30,296 nucleotides of DNA from Chlamydiia bacterium. Lineage in GTDB: Bacteria > Chlamydiota > Chlamydiia > Chlamydiales > Parachlamydiaceae. The stretch spans positions 1 to 30,296 of the forward strand of contig JBBSJT010000015.1 in NCBI GenBank assembly GCA_038257035.1, given 5' to 3'. Below, one piece after another: positions 9,779-17,878 of the stretch (position 1 is the stretch's first letter; each line of letters opens with the position of its first letter). The notes beneath the pieces were generated by a model. The model saw only the letters and a list, made by a program, of their open reading frames with translations, was not told where the DNA came from and made no database searches. Position numbers and translations under genes: made by a program.

Positions 9779-9779
9779 A

Positions 9780-11246
9780 ATGAAATCCTATGCTTTTTTG
9801 ATCCTTTGTAGTTTATCACTTACAGGTTGTATGGTTGGTCCAAACTATGCCCCACCAAATGATGCTTTGCCTGATGATTTTATAGAAGATCAGCCTGATA
9901 GGACAGAACTTATTGATGACCAAGATCTTGTGCGTTGGTGGTGCAGGTTTGATGACCCATTATTAAATGATTTAATAGAAACAGCTTTAAGTCAAAATTA
10001 TGATTACAGAATCGCTTTTGAAAGAATCTTTCAGGCGCGCGCTCAATATTGGGTGCAATTTACACAAATACTACCAGAACTTGATGCCTCCATGACAGCT
10101 TCCCGTTTTCGGGCAAGTAGGTCTTTTCGAAATGCGAACACTGTCAATCCACTTAATCCGCTTGAGCCCACACTTTCACCGATCGATAATTTTTATCAAA
10201 TGGGTCTTGCAGCTATTTGGGAAATCGATTTATGGGGTAAATTTAGAAGAGGTGCGTCAGCCTCTTATGCTATTTGGCAGGCAACAGCTTTTGATTTTCA
10301 AGGAGTTAAAATTGTTGTCGTTTCAGATGTTGCATCAGCTTATGTTACAGTACGCGCTCTTCAAAAAAGATTGAGTACGGCAGAAGATGTGTTTAAATTA
10401 GATCAGGAACTGCTCGATCTTTCAAAATCTCGGGTGGATGCAGGCATTGCTAATATGCAAGAATATGAAAGTATACGCGCTATCTATGAAGGGGACGCAT
10501 CGATATTGGCACTAGCTGAATCCTCATTAAAACAAGCCATCTATTCTCTTTCTATTTTAACAGGAATTCTACCTGAAGAAATTATAAAATATTTTGCAGA
10601 TGAAAAACCTATACCAAATGCAACAGGCGAAGTTCCTATCGCTTTGCCGTCCGACTTATTAAGAAGAAGGCCTGACATTAGGAGTGCTGAAAGGGAGCTT
10701 GCTGCGGCAACTGAAGATATTGGTATTGCAATGGCTGATTTATTGCCAACCCTTTCCTTAACAGGTTCAAGCGGTTCATTTGCATCAAATCCATTACAAG
10801 GGGCAAATGTTGGTATTGCGTCAAATCGTTTGAATAAACTTTTTAAACCGGAAAGCTTAATATGGGGAATTGGAGGATTTGTCACCTTACCTGTTTTGGA
10901 CTTTGGCAAAAGAGAAGCGGTTGTTGATCAACAGGTCGCAATACGCAATCAAAGTTACTTTGCTTATAAAAAAACTGTAATGGGAGCGATTCAGGAAACA
11001 GAACAATCCCTAACAGCTTATTTTAATCAAGAGAAGAGCTTGGAAAGTTTAATGCGTCAAGAAGCTGCTAACAATCGTGCCTTAAACCTTACTACAGATC
11101 TTTTTCAAGCTGGATTATCAAATTATATTGAAGTTTTAAGAGCAAGAGAAGTTTGGCTTCGGTCTGTAAATAGTGTAACCGATGCAAAAAGGGCCTTAAT
11201 GATTGATTTAATTACCGTTTATAAAGCCCTCGGAGGCAACTGGTAG
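9780..11246 (+). CDS. Outer membrane efflux factor lipoprotein (NodT/OprM/TolC family)
   Basis: Start at 9780 gives the lipoprotein signal MKSYAFLILCSLSLTG-C; motifs WEIDLWGK, LPSDLLRRRPDIRSAE and YKALGGNW. Confidence 0.93.
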   Translation: MKSYAFLILCSLSLTGCMVGPNYAPPNDALPDDFIEDQPDRTELIDDQDLVRWWCRFDDPLLNDLIETALSQNYDYRIAFERIFQARAQYWVQFTQILPELDASMTASRFRASRSFRNANTVNPLNPLEPTLSPIDNFYQMGLAAIWEIDLWGKFRRGASASYAIWQATAFDFQGVKIVVVSDVASAYVTVRALQKRLSTAEDVFKLDQELLDLSKSRVDAGIANMQEYESIRAIYEGDASILALAESSLKQAIYSLSILTGILPEEIIKYFADEKPIPNATGEVPIALPSDLLRRRPDIRSAERELAAATEDIGIAMADLLPTLSLTGSSGSFASNPLQGANVGIASNRLNKLFKPESLIWGIGGFVTLPVLDFGKREAVVDQQVAIRNQSYFAYKKTVMGAIQETEQSLTAYFNQEKSLESLMRQEAANNRALNLTTDLFQAGLSNYIEVLRAREVWLRSVNSVTDAKRALMIDLITVYKALGGNW

Positions 11247-11252
11247 GATTAG

Positions 11253-12404
11253 ATGCTGTTATATGCATTGAAAATGCTGATTGGAGATAGGGTGAAGTAC
11301 ATCGGCATTGTTCTTGGACTTTGTTTTGCCTCGTTCATTATTATTCAGCAATCTGCAATTCTTGTTGGAATCGTAAATAGAACTATTGGTCTTATTACAG
11401 ACACTTCCCAACCAAATATTTGGGTTATGGACCCCACTGTTCAATATATTGACGACATAAAACCGATGAAAGATACACAAGTTTTTAGGGTTAGAAGCGT
11501 TGAAGGGGTTGAATGGGCTGTTCCTTTTTTTAAAGGAACAATACAAGCAAGACTTACCAATGGAACTTTTCAAACCTGTGTAATTTTAGGTATAGACGAT
11601 GCAACCTTAATTGGAGGGCCTCCAATTATGATTGAGGGTCATATTGAAGATTTGCGTACGCCCGATGCCGTTTTTGTTAACCAGGTTGGTGCCTCAACCA
11701 AGCTTGCATCAAAGGTAGACGGACAAATTATTCCTATGCAAATTGGAACCACAATGGAGCTTAACGACCATCGTGCTTATGTTGCAGGAATTTGTAGCGG
11801 ATCCCGTACTTTTCAATCACAGCCCGTACTTTACACGACATATGGGCGCGCAACTACATTCATCCCTTCACAAAGAAAGCAGCTTTCATTTATTATTGCT
11901 CGCTCAATTGAGGGTGTATCACCGGAAGATGTATGTGAACGCATTAAAAAACAGACAGGACTAAGCGCCTACACGACAGGCCAGTTTAAATGGTTGACAT
12001 TGCAATATTACATCAAATATACGGGCATTTTTGTGAATTTTGGTGTTGCCATAGCTTTAGGTTTTATTATTGGAATGGCAATTGCAGGGCAAACTTTATA
12101 TACCTTCACTGTAGATCATCTTCCTCATTTTGCGGTCTTTAAGGCGATGGGTGCAGATAATAAAATGCTTGCTAAGATCGTACTCCTTCAAGCCGCTTTT
12201 GTGAGCATCATTGGTTGGGGGATAGGTGTTGGCGCAGCGAGCCTTTTTGGTTACCTAACATCAGGCACCGAACTTTCGTTCAGCATGCCATTATGGCTTT
12301 ATTTTTTAAGTTTCTTCGCAATTCTTTTTATAAGTTTGTTTTCATCTTTAATTAGTATGAGAAGAATTATAAAATTAGACCCAGCAATTGTATTTAAAGG
12401 TTAA
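11253..12404 (+). CDS. ABC exporter permease (FtsX/MacB/DevC-like)
   Basis: One N-terminal TM, large periplasmic loop, three C-terminal TMs; FAVFKAMGA and LDPAIVFK. Confidence 0.92.
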   Translation: MLLYALKMLIGDRVKYIGIVLGLCFASFIIIQQSAILVGIVNRTIGLITDTSQPNIWVMDPTVQYIDDIKPMKDTQVFRVRSVEGVEWAVPFFKGTIQARLTNGTFQTCVILGIDDATLIGGPPIMIEGHIEDLRTPDAVFVNQVGASTKLASKVDGQIIPMQIGTTMELNDHRAYVAGICSGSRTFQSQPVLYTTYGRATTFIPSQRKQLSFIIARSIEGVSPEDVCERIKKQTGLSAYTTGQFKWLTLQYYIKYTGIFVNFGVAIALGFIIGMAIAGQTLYTFTVDHLPHFAVFKAMGADNKMLAKIVLLQAAFVSIIGWGIGVGAASLFGYLTSGTELSFSMPLWLYFLSFFAILFISLFSSLISMRRIIKLDPAIVFKG

Positions 12405-12406
12405 TT

Positions 12407-13090
12407 ATGGAAAATCAACCCATTATTGTTTGTAAAAAACTCACAAAATTTTATGGTGAAGCTAACACAAGAGTTGATGCTTTAAAAGGGATTGATCTTA
12501 CAATCAATAAAGGTGAGCTTCGTATGCTTGTCGGGCCTTCGGGCTCCGGGAAAACAACGCTTCTTTCCATTATAACCGGCATTTTGTCACGAAGTTCCGG
12601 GGATTGTTTGATTAATGGTATCGATCTTCAGTGCCTCCAAGATACGTTTAAGACTCATTTTAGAGGAAAAAACATGGGGTTTGTCTTTCAGATGTTTAAT
12701 TTGATACCCACATTGACTTGTGAAGAAAATATTTCTCTGCCCCTCATTATTTCGGGCCATCCAAAAAAAGAAGCATTGGAAAAATCAAAGCAGCTTCTTT
12801 CAGATTTAGATTTAAGTGATAAGATTGGTGTTCTACCAACACAACTTTCCGGAGGTCAGCAGCAAAGGGTTGCCATAGGGAGGGCCATGATCCACGATCC
12901 TGCAATTATTGCTTGCGATGAGCCCACAAGCGCACTGGATGTTCAAACAGGGCATAAAATTATGGAACTTCTGAAAGAAGCTGCAAAAAAAAAGAATATT
13001 ACAGTTATTGTTATCACGCACGATGCAAGAATTTTAGAATTTGCCGACAAAATTGATCGTATCGAAGACGGTCGCATCGTGCCGTCATGA
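12407..13090 (+). CDS. ABC exporter ATP-binding protein (LolD/DevA-like)
   Basis: Walker A GPSGSGKT, GFVFQ Q-loop, LSGGQQQRVAI signature, Walker B IIACDEPT, ITHD switch. Confidence 0.96.
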   Translation: MENQPIIVCKKLTKFYGEANTRVDALKGIDLTINKGELRMLVGPSGSGKTTLLSIITGILSRSSGDCLINGIDLQCLQDTFKTHFRGKNMGFVFQMFNLIPTLTCEENISLPLIISGHPKKEALEKSKQLLSDLDLSDKIGVLPTQLSGGQQQRVAIGRAMIHDPAIIACDEPTSALDVQTGHKIMELLKEAAKKKNITVIVITHDARILEFADKIDRIEDGRIVPS

Positions 13091-13099
13091 CAGCTACTT

Positions 13100-13403
13100 A
13101 TTTCACCACAAAAATATACCATTGTGAGGGGTTTTTTTACCGCGAAGAGCGCGAAGAAGCGCAGCTTCGCTGCGGGAAGAAACGCGAAGAAGCGCAGCTT
13201 CGCTGCGGGAAGAAACGCGAAGAAGCGCGCCAAAGCGCGATTAAGAAGAAAGGAAAAGAAGGTTATCTTAACCCTTCTTCTTTGTTTTTCGCAGCGAAGC
13301 TTGCGCTTCTTCGCGTTTCTTCCCGCAAGCTTAAGCTTGCGCTTCTTCGCGCTCTTCGCGGTAAAAAAATCATTCAAGACGGTGGAATCTTTGTGGTGAA
13401 AAA
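13100..13403. mobile_element. Nested palindromic MITE/REP-like element, copy B
   Basis: Perfect 32-bp inverted repeats 13132-13163 and 13338-13369; 33-bp tandem duplication 13150-13215; outer inverted pair TTTCACCACAAA (13101-13112) / TTTGTGGTGAAA (13390-13401). Confidence 0.85.
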
Positions 13404-13477
13404 GGTGTGTACCTTTATTGTTGTGAAATGAGGGGATTTTTGGTACGATGAAGGATATCAACAAGGGGTAAAAATCG

Positions 13478-15241
13478 ATGACTACACGCACGAAAATTGT
13501 TTGCACAATGGGTCCATCCGTTAATAGCCTTGAAATGATTATTCAGCTCATTGAGGCAGGGATGAATGTGGCAAGACTTAACTTTAGTCATGGTACAAAA
13601 GAAGAACATGAACGAGTAATCAATTTTTTAAAAGAAGCAAGAAAAAAAACCGGAAAGCCGCTTGCTATCATGCTCGACACTAAAGGGCCGGAAATTAGAC
13701 TGGGTAGCATTAAAGATAGTGAAATCACCCTTAAACAAAAAGATCGCTGGCTTCTTGTAAAAGAATCTATTGAAGGAGATAACAATCAAGTTTCAATCTT
13801 ACCCGGAAGTGTTTTAAATTGTGTGACTTTAGGAACAAAAGTCTTATTCGACGATGGCTATATATCATCTTACGTCGTTGAAATTTCTGATAAAGGCGTA
13901 TTGGTTGAAATCGACAATGGCGGAAAAATTCGATCGGGCAAAGGGGTGAATATGCCCAATGTGAACCTCAATTTACCGGCCGTAACAGAAAAGGATACCG
14001 ATGATATTCGTTTTGGATGTTTTCATGACATAGACATGATAGCAGCCTCTTTTGTAAGATCAGCAGATCATGTACTTGAGATCAAACGTTTGTTAAAAGA
14101 AGAGAAAAAAAGCAATATTCTTGTTCTTGCCAAAATTGAAAATAGTGAAGGCGTCCATAATTTCGATAGCATTGTTCAAGTAGCTGACGGAATCATGATT
14201 GCAAGAGGGGATTTGGGAGTTGAAATTCCACTTGCTGAAGTGCCACCTTTACAAAAGATGATGATCCGCAAATGCTATCTTGCAGGAAAAACTTCAATCA
14301 CTGCGACACAGATGTTAGAATCAATGATTAATAACCCAAGACCGACAAGGGCCGAAGCATCCGATGTTGCAAACGCAATCTACGATAGTACTTCCGCCAT
14401 TATGTTGTCCGGTGAAACTGCCATCGGCAGGTACCCTCTTGAGACTGTGAATGTGATGATCAGTATCGTAAAAGAAGCTGAAAAAGACTTTAATTACCGA
14501 ACATTTTTTAATCTTCACTCACCGCTTGTGTATCATGATGTGCCCTCTTCATTGACTTTGGCGGCAGTTAAAACGGCTTATAGTTCCAAAGCACAGGCTA
14601 TTTTTGCCTTTACAAGCACGGGTTCAACCGCAAGGCTACTTTCCAGACTGCGGCCTGAAATGCCCATTATTGCCATGACAAGCAATGAAAAATGCTACAA
14701 TCAGATGGCCATTATTTGGGGAGTCATTCCGTTTTTAGGCGATCAGGCAAAAACTGTAGATGAGGCTTTTGAAACAATTAGCGCGTTTTCTTTGGAAAAA
14801 AAATATGTTAACTATGGGGATCTTGTCATCATTACTGCAGGAACACCTTTTGGCGTGCCAAGAACAACCAATTTAATGATTGTGGAAAGCATCGGAGATG
14901 TACTTGTTCGCGGCTTTACAGGCTCAGGCCCAAGAGTTCATGGAACTATCGTTCTTATTCTCACTCCGGAATCGGTTCAACCTTATGAAGTAAAAGACCA
15001 TGTAATTGTTCTGACTAAATGCAATGAGTCTTATTTACCTTTAATTAAAGAATCTTCAGGTATTATTCTCCAAAATCAAATCGATGACCTTGCCTCTGAG
15101 CAATATGTGATGGAGATGGCCAAGACGCTTGAAAAACCGGCAATCGTTCGTGCAGATGCCGCCTACCGCAATCTTAAGGAAGGCCAACTTGTGACACTTG
15201 ATCCAGAGCGGGCCCTCGTCTATAAAGGCGTCGTGTTTTAA
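13478..15241 (+). CDS. pyk: Pyruvate kinase with a C-terminal PEP-utiliser swivelling-type extension
   Basis: RTKIVCTMGP, ARLNFSHG, DTKGPEIR, IMIARGDLGVE, ATQMLESM, RPTRAEASDVANA, MLSGETA; about 110 extra C-terminal residues. Confidence 0.98.
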   Translation: MTTRTKIVCTMGPSVNSLEMIIQLIEAGMNVARLNFSHGTKEEHERVINFLKEARKKTGKPLAIMLDTKGPEIRLGSIKDSEITLKQKDRWLLVKESIEGDNNQVSILPGSVLNCVTLGTKVLFDDGYISSYVVEISDKGVLVEIDNGGKIRSGKGVNMPNVNLNLPAVTEKDTDDIRFGCFHDIDMIAASFVRSADHVLEIKRLLKEEKKSNILVLAKIENSEGVHNFDSIVQVADGIMIARGDLGVEIPLAEVPPLQKMMIRKCYLAGKTSITATQMLESMINNPRPTRAEASDVANAIYDSTSAIMLSGETAIGRYPLETVNVMISIVKEAEKDFNYRTFFNLHSPLVYHDVPSSLTLAAVKTAYSSKAQAIFAFTSTGSTARLLSRLRPEMPIIAMTSNEKCYNQMAIIWGVIPFLGDQAKTVDEAFETISAFSLEKKYVNYGDLVIITAGTPFGVPRTTNLMIVESIGDVLVRGFTGSGPRVHGTIVLILTPESVQPYEVKDHVIVLTKCNESYLPLIKESSGIILQNQIDDLASEQYVMEMAKTLEKPAIVRADAAYRNLKEGQLVTLDPERALVYKGVVF

Positions 15242-15295
15242 AACTACCGTTTTCAAACCGAAATCTAGAGAGAAAGAAAAGAGACTTTTATAAAC

Positions 15296-15409
15296 CTGTA
15301 TGATTTTTTCAACGCAGAGACGCAGTGACGCAGAGACGCAGAGAAGAACAAGAGCACAAAACAATTCTCCTGTTCTCCTCTGCGTCTCTGCGTTGAAAAA
15401 ATCATACAG
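15296..15409. repeat. Palindromic element with ACGCAGAG units, between convergent genes
   Basis: Perfect 30-bp inverted repeat CTGTATGATTTTTTCAACGCAGAGACGCAG (15296-15325 / 15380-15409); four 8-nt units at 15312-15343. Confidence 0.85.
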
Positions 15410-15449
15410 TTTGGAACGTATATACGGCAGTGGGTAAAAATCCTCTGGA

Positions 15450-16535
15450 TTAGAAATCGAAGAGGTGGTCGATTGGGGATAAAAGCCATCTGATGATAGG
15501 TGAGGTTGACTCCGACGCAGGCTCAACTATAATAGGGGATAGTCCGTAGGGCTTTAAAAGTTTATTGAATTCGGCTAAAGAGCCATCTTTGTTGAGGGCG
15601 ATTTTTGATCTCTCAATTACTTTAAAAGTGCTTTCCGATGGAGGAACTCCTGCTCTTAACAACATCATGATGGCTTCAAAAGAGCTGTTTTTTTCGGCTA
15701 GATCCATATGAAAACAGGTTGGTTTAAGTCCTCTTTTTATCAATGTTCGCATTATAGGAAGGAAATTTTTTTCTATAGCCAGATTTAAGTGCTCTTCTTT
15801 AAGGATGGCTCCCGCATCTAACATAGCTAGAACAATCGGCGTTGAATTTTTATTAATTGCAATATTAAGATGTTCTGTAGATGGGATAATTGCTCCTGTT
15901 TCTAACATTGTTTCTATAGTTTCAACAGAAGCATAGGTTATATTTGAAAAAAAAGTAGTATGTCCTAATGCAATATCCAAACTACGTCTAGTAGGAATAA
16001 TTCCTTTTTTTAATAAATCTTTGATAATAGAATCGCTACTGATACTTAGCGCATAGTTTAGCTGTTCATGTAATTTTAAATATTTTTTTGATAGATTAAC
16101 AAATTCATAAAATAATCGAGGTTTTTCGGCTGTAAAACCATCAAAAAATTGGGCTACATCTTTTTCTGACAAACATGAAAGAATGTTTTTTAATTCATTT
16201 TTTTTCTCTACTATTAGATCTATACAATTTGGATTGCCATACTGCGCATCGGATATAAACTTTGAAAGTGTTTGTTTTTGATCGTAATTTGTGTGACTTT
16301 TAAGATGATTGCCTAACAGCCTTGCGAAAACGTCAATTTTCATCAATTCTCTTGTTTTTATGACATGGATGGTTTTTATTTTCCAAAATCGATTGATCGA
16401 ACAAGCTTTGATGGCCTCATGGTTTCTTAAATAAGAGAATATGAGTTCATACAATTCGAATGGCAATTGTTTGTAAGTTATGTTTTCTTCAAATGCACAA
16501 TAATTTACTTCATTATTTTCAATAAGAGTGATCAT
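15450..16535 (-). CDS. F-box and ankyrin-like repeat protein (putative secreted effector)
   Basis: F-box LPFELYELIFSYL...ACSINRFW; repeats HLNIAINKNSTPIVLAMLDAGA, HLNLAIEKNFLPIMRTLIKRG, HMDLAEKNSSFEAIMMLLRAGV. Confidence 0.88.
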   Translation of the reverse strand: MITLIENNEVNYCAFEENITYKQLPFELYELIFSYLRNHEAIKACSINRFWKIKTIHVIKTRELMKIDVFARLLGNHLKSHTNYDQKQTLSKFISDAQYGNPNCIDLIVEKKNELKNILSCLSEKDVAQFFDGFTAEKPRLFYEFVNLSKKYLKLHEQLNYALSISSDSIIKDLLKKGIIPTRRSLDIALGHTTFFSNITYASVETIETMLETGAIIPSTEHLNIAINKNSTPIVLAMLDAGAILKEEHLNLAIEKNFLPIMRTLIKRGLKPTCFHMDLAEKNSSFEAIMMLLRAGVPPSESTFKVIERSKIALNKDGSLAEFNKLLKPYGLSPIIVEPASESTSPIIRWLLSPIDHLFDF

Positions 16536-16605
16536 GTTATCTTCCTGTAGTTGCGACGAAGATTAAGTTGTCTAAAAATAAATTGCAACAGAATGATAAA
16601 GATTA

Positions 16606-16773
16606 AAAATCTTGAAGCTTTGCCTGGCTATTAAAAATAAATATTGGTAAAAAAAAGATAAATATAGCTGATGCAGATTTGTTACAAATTAGCTGATCGC
16701 CGCCATTTTGCATTTCTTATGGTGGCTAAAGGGCAGCTTTGCCAATTGATTTAATATTAAATAAAGGCCAGTC
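16606..16773 (+). promoter_or_regulatory. Upstream region duplicated together with the usp gene (second copy 17714-17878)
   Basis: Identical 29-mer GCTATTAAAAATAAATATTGGTAAAAAAA at 16627 and 17735, plus collinear blocks AAAATCTTGAA, GATCGCCG, GCATTTCT.ATGGT and ATTAAATAAAGG. Confidence 0.7.
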
Positions 16774-17598
16774 ATGAAAATTCTTGTGCCATGTGATTTT
16801 TCTATAAATTCAAATAATGCAGCACTCTATGCAGCAAAATTTGGAAAAAAAGTAAATGCAGAAATTATTCTATTTCATATAGTTCATTTTGAACATCCAC
16901 CCATGGTGCAAGTTTCAGGAGCCGTTGAACAAAAAATTGAAAATATAAGACTTTCCAATGCATCTAATGATTGTGTTCTTTTAGTAAACGATCTTAAATC
17001 AAAAGTTAAGGAGGTCCAAATTTCTTTTAAAGTTATCCCGGGATTTCCAATTGCAGATGTTATAGAAAATTATTCAAAAACCAATCAAATTGATTTGATT
17101 ATAATGGGGACAAAAGGGGCTAGCGGTTTTACAAAAGTATTATTTGGAAGCAATGCAGTTTCTGTAATAAATAAGAGTTCCATACCGGTTATTACAGTTC
17201 CAGAGTCTTCACGTTTTAGTAATGTGAAGCTAATTGTGTATGCTTCAGATTTAGATAACATGCAGTCTGAAATAAAAAAAATTATTCCCCTTGCCAAGCT
17301 TTTTGATGCCGAAATTGATATACTTCATGTCCTGCCTCAAGATTCTGATAAAAAGATCGATATAGTTAGGATTAAAAACGGCCTAATAGAAAAATACGAA
17401 TATCAAAAAGTTTTATTCCATATCGCTCATAATAACAATATTTTAGAAGGTATCAACGGATTTGTTGTTGAAGTAAAAGCAGATATTCTGGCTATGTATA
17501 CGCAAGAAATCGGTTTTTTAGAAAGTTTTTTTAAAACAAGCATTAGCAGAGATGAAGCTTTTCATAGCTATATCCCATTACTAACTTTAAAAAAATGA
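16774..17598 (+). CDS. Universal stress protein (tandem Usp domains)
   Basis: MKILVPCDFS start; IDLIIMGTKGASG...FGSNA ATP-binding-type motif; second domain IVYASD...ILHV...DILAM. Confidence 0.95.
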   Translation: MKILVPCDFSINSNNAALYAAKFGKKVNAEIILFHIVHFEHPPMVQVSGAVEQKIENIRLSNASNDCVLLVNDLKSKVKEVQISFKVIPGFPIADVIENYSKTNQIDLIIMGTKGASGFTKVLFGSNAVSVINKSSIPVITVPESSRFSNVKLIVYASDLDNMQSEIKKIIPLAKLFDAEIDILHVLPQDSDKKIDIVRIKNGLIEKYEYQKVLFHIAHNNNILEGINGFVVEVKADILAMYTQEIGFLESFFKTSISRDEAFHSYIPLLTLKK

Positions 17599-17878
17599 AT
17601 CGCGGAAAAAGAAGTCGTACAAATGCGAATGGGATTAGGTATTGAATTGGAGTGCAGCAGAGGTGTTGGAATTTAGTACTCGCAATGTTATTGCTACCCT
17701 GTAAAAAGACCCCAAAATCTTGAATGTTTTTCTCGCTATTAAAAATAAATATTGGTAAAAAAAGGCGATAGAGGAATTTCTCGGGATCGCCGTCATTTGT
17801 TTACAGAATATAAAGGCATTTCTCATGGTAGACAAGAGTAGTTTGCCGGTTGATATAACATTAAATAAAGGGCTACTC

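Noticed and set aside
9741..9779. Longer start for the outer membrane factor
   Set aside because: ATG at 9780 follows the MFP stop directly and yields a canonical lipoprotein signal peptide
13150..13228. 33-bp direct repeats as a mini CRISPR array
   Set aside because: The repeats are head-to-tail with no unique spacers, lie inside a palindromic element, and there are no cas genes
12943..13506. ORFs 12943-13506(-), 13087-13431(+) and 13124-13399(+)
   Set aside because: Low-complexity translations of the stop-poor repeat element; the ATGA overlap at 13087 is noted but there is no other coding evidence
15056..15526. ORFs 15056-15526(-) and 15265-15489(-)
   Set aside because: They span the ACGCAGAG palindrome and overlap pyk and/or the F-box gene; the peptide is repeat-derived
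16746..16760. FNR-like box TTGAT-N5-ATTAA upstream of both usp genes
   Set aside because: Spacing is 5 rather than 4 and the right half-site is imperfect; AT-rich context makes chance likely
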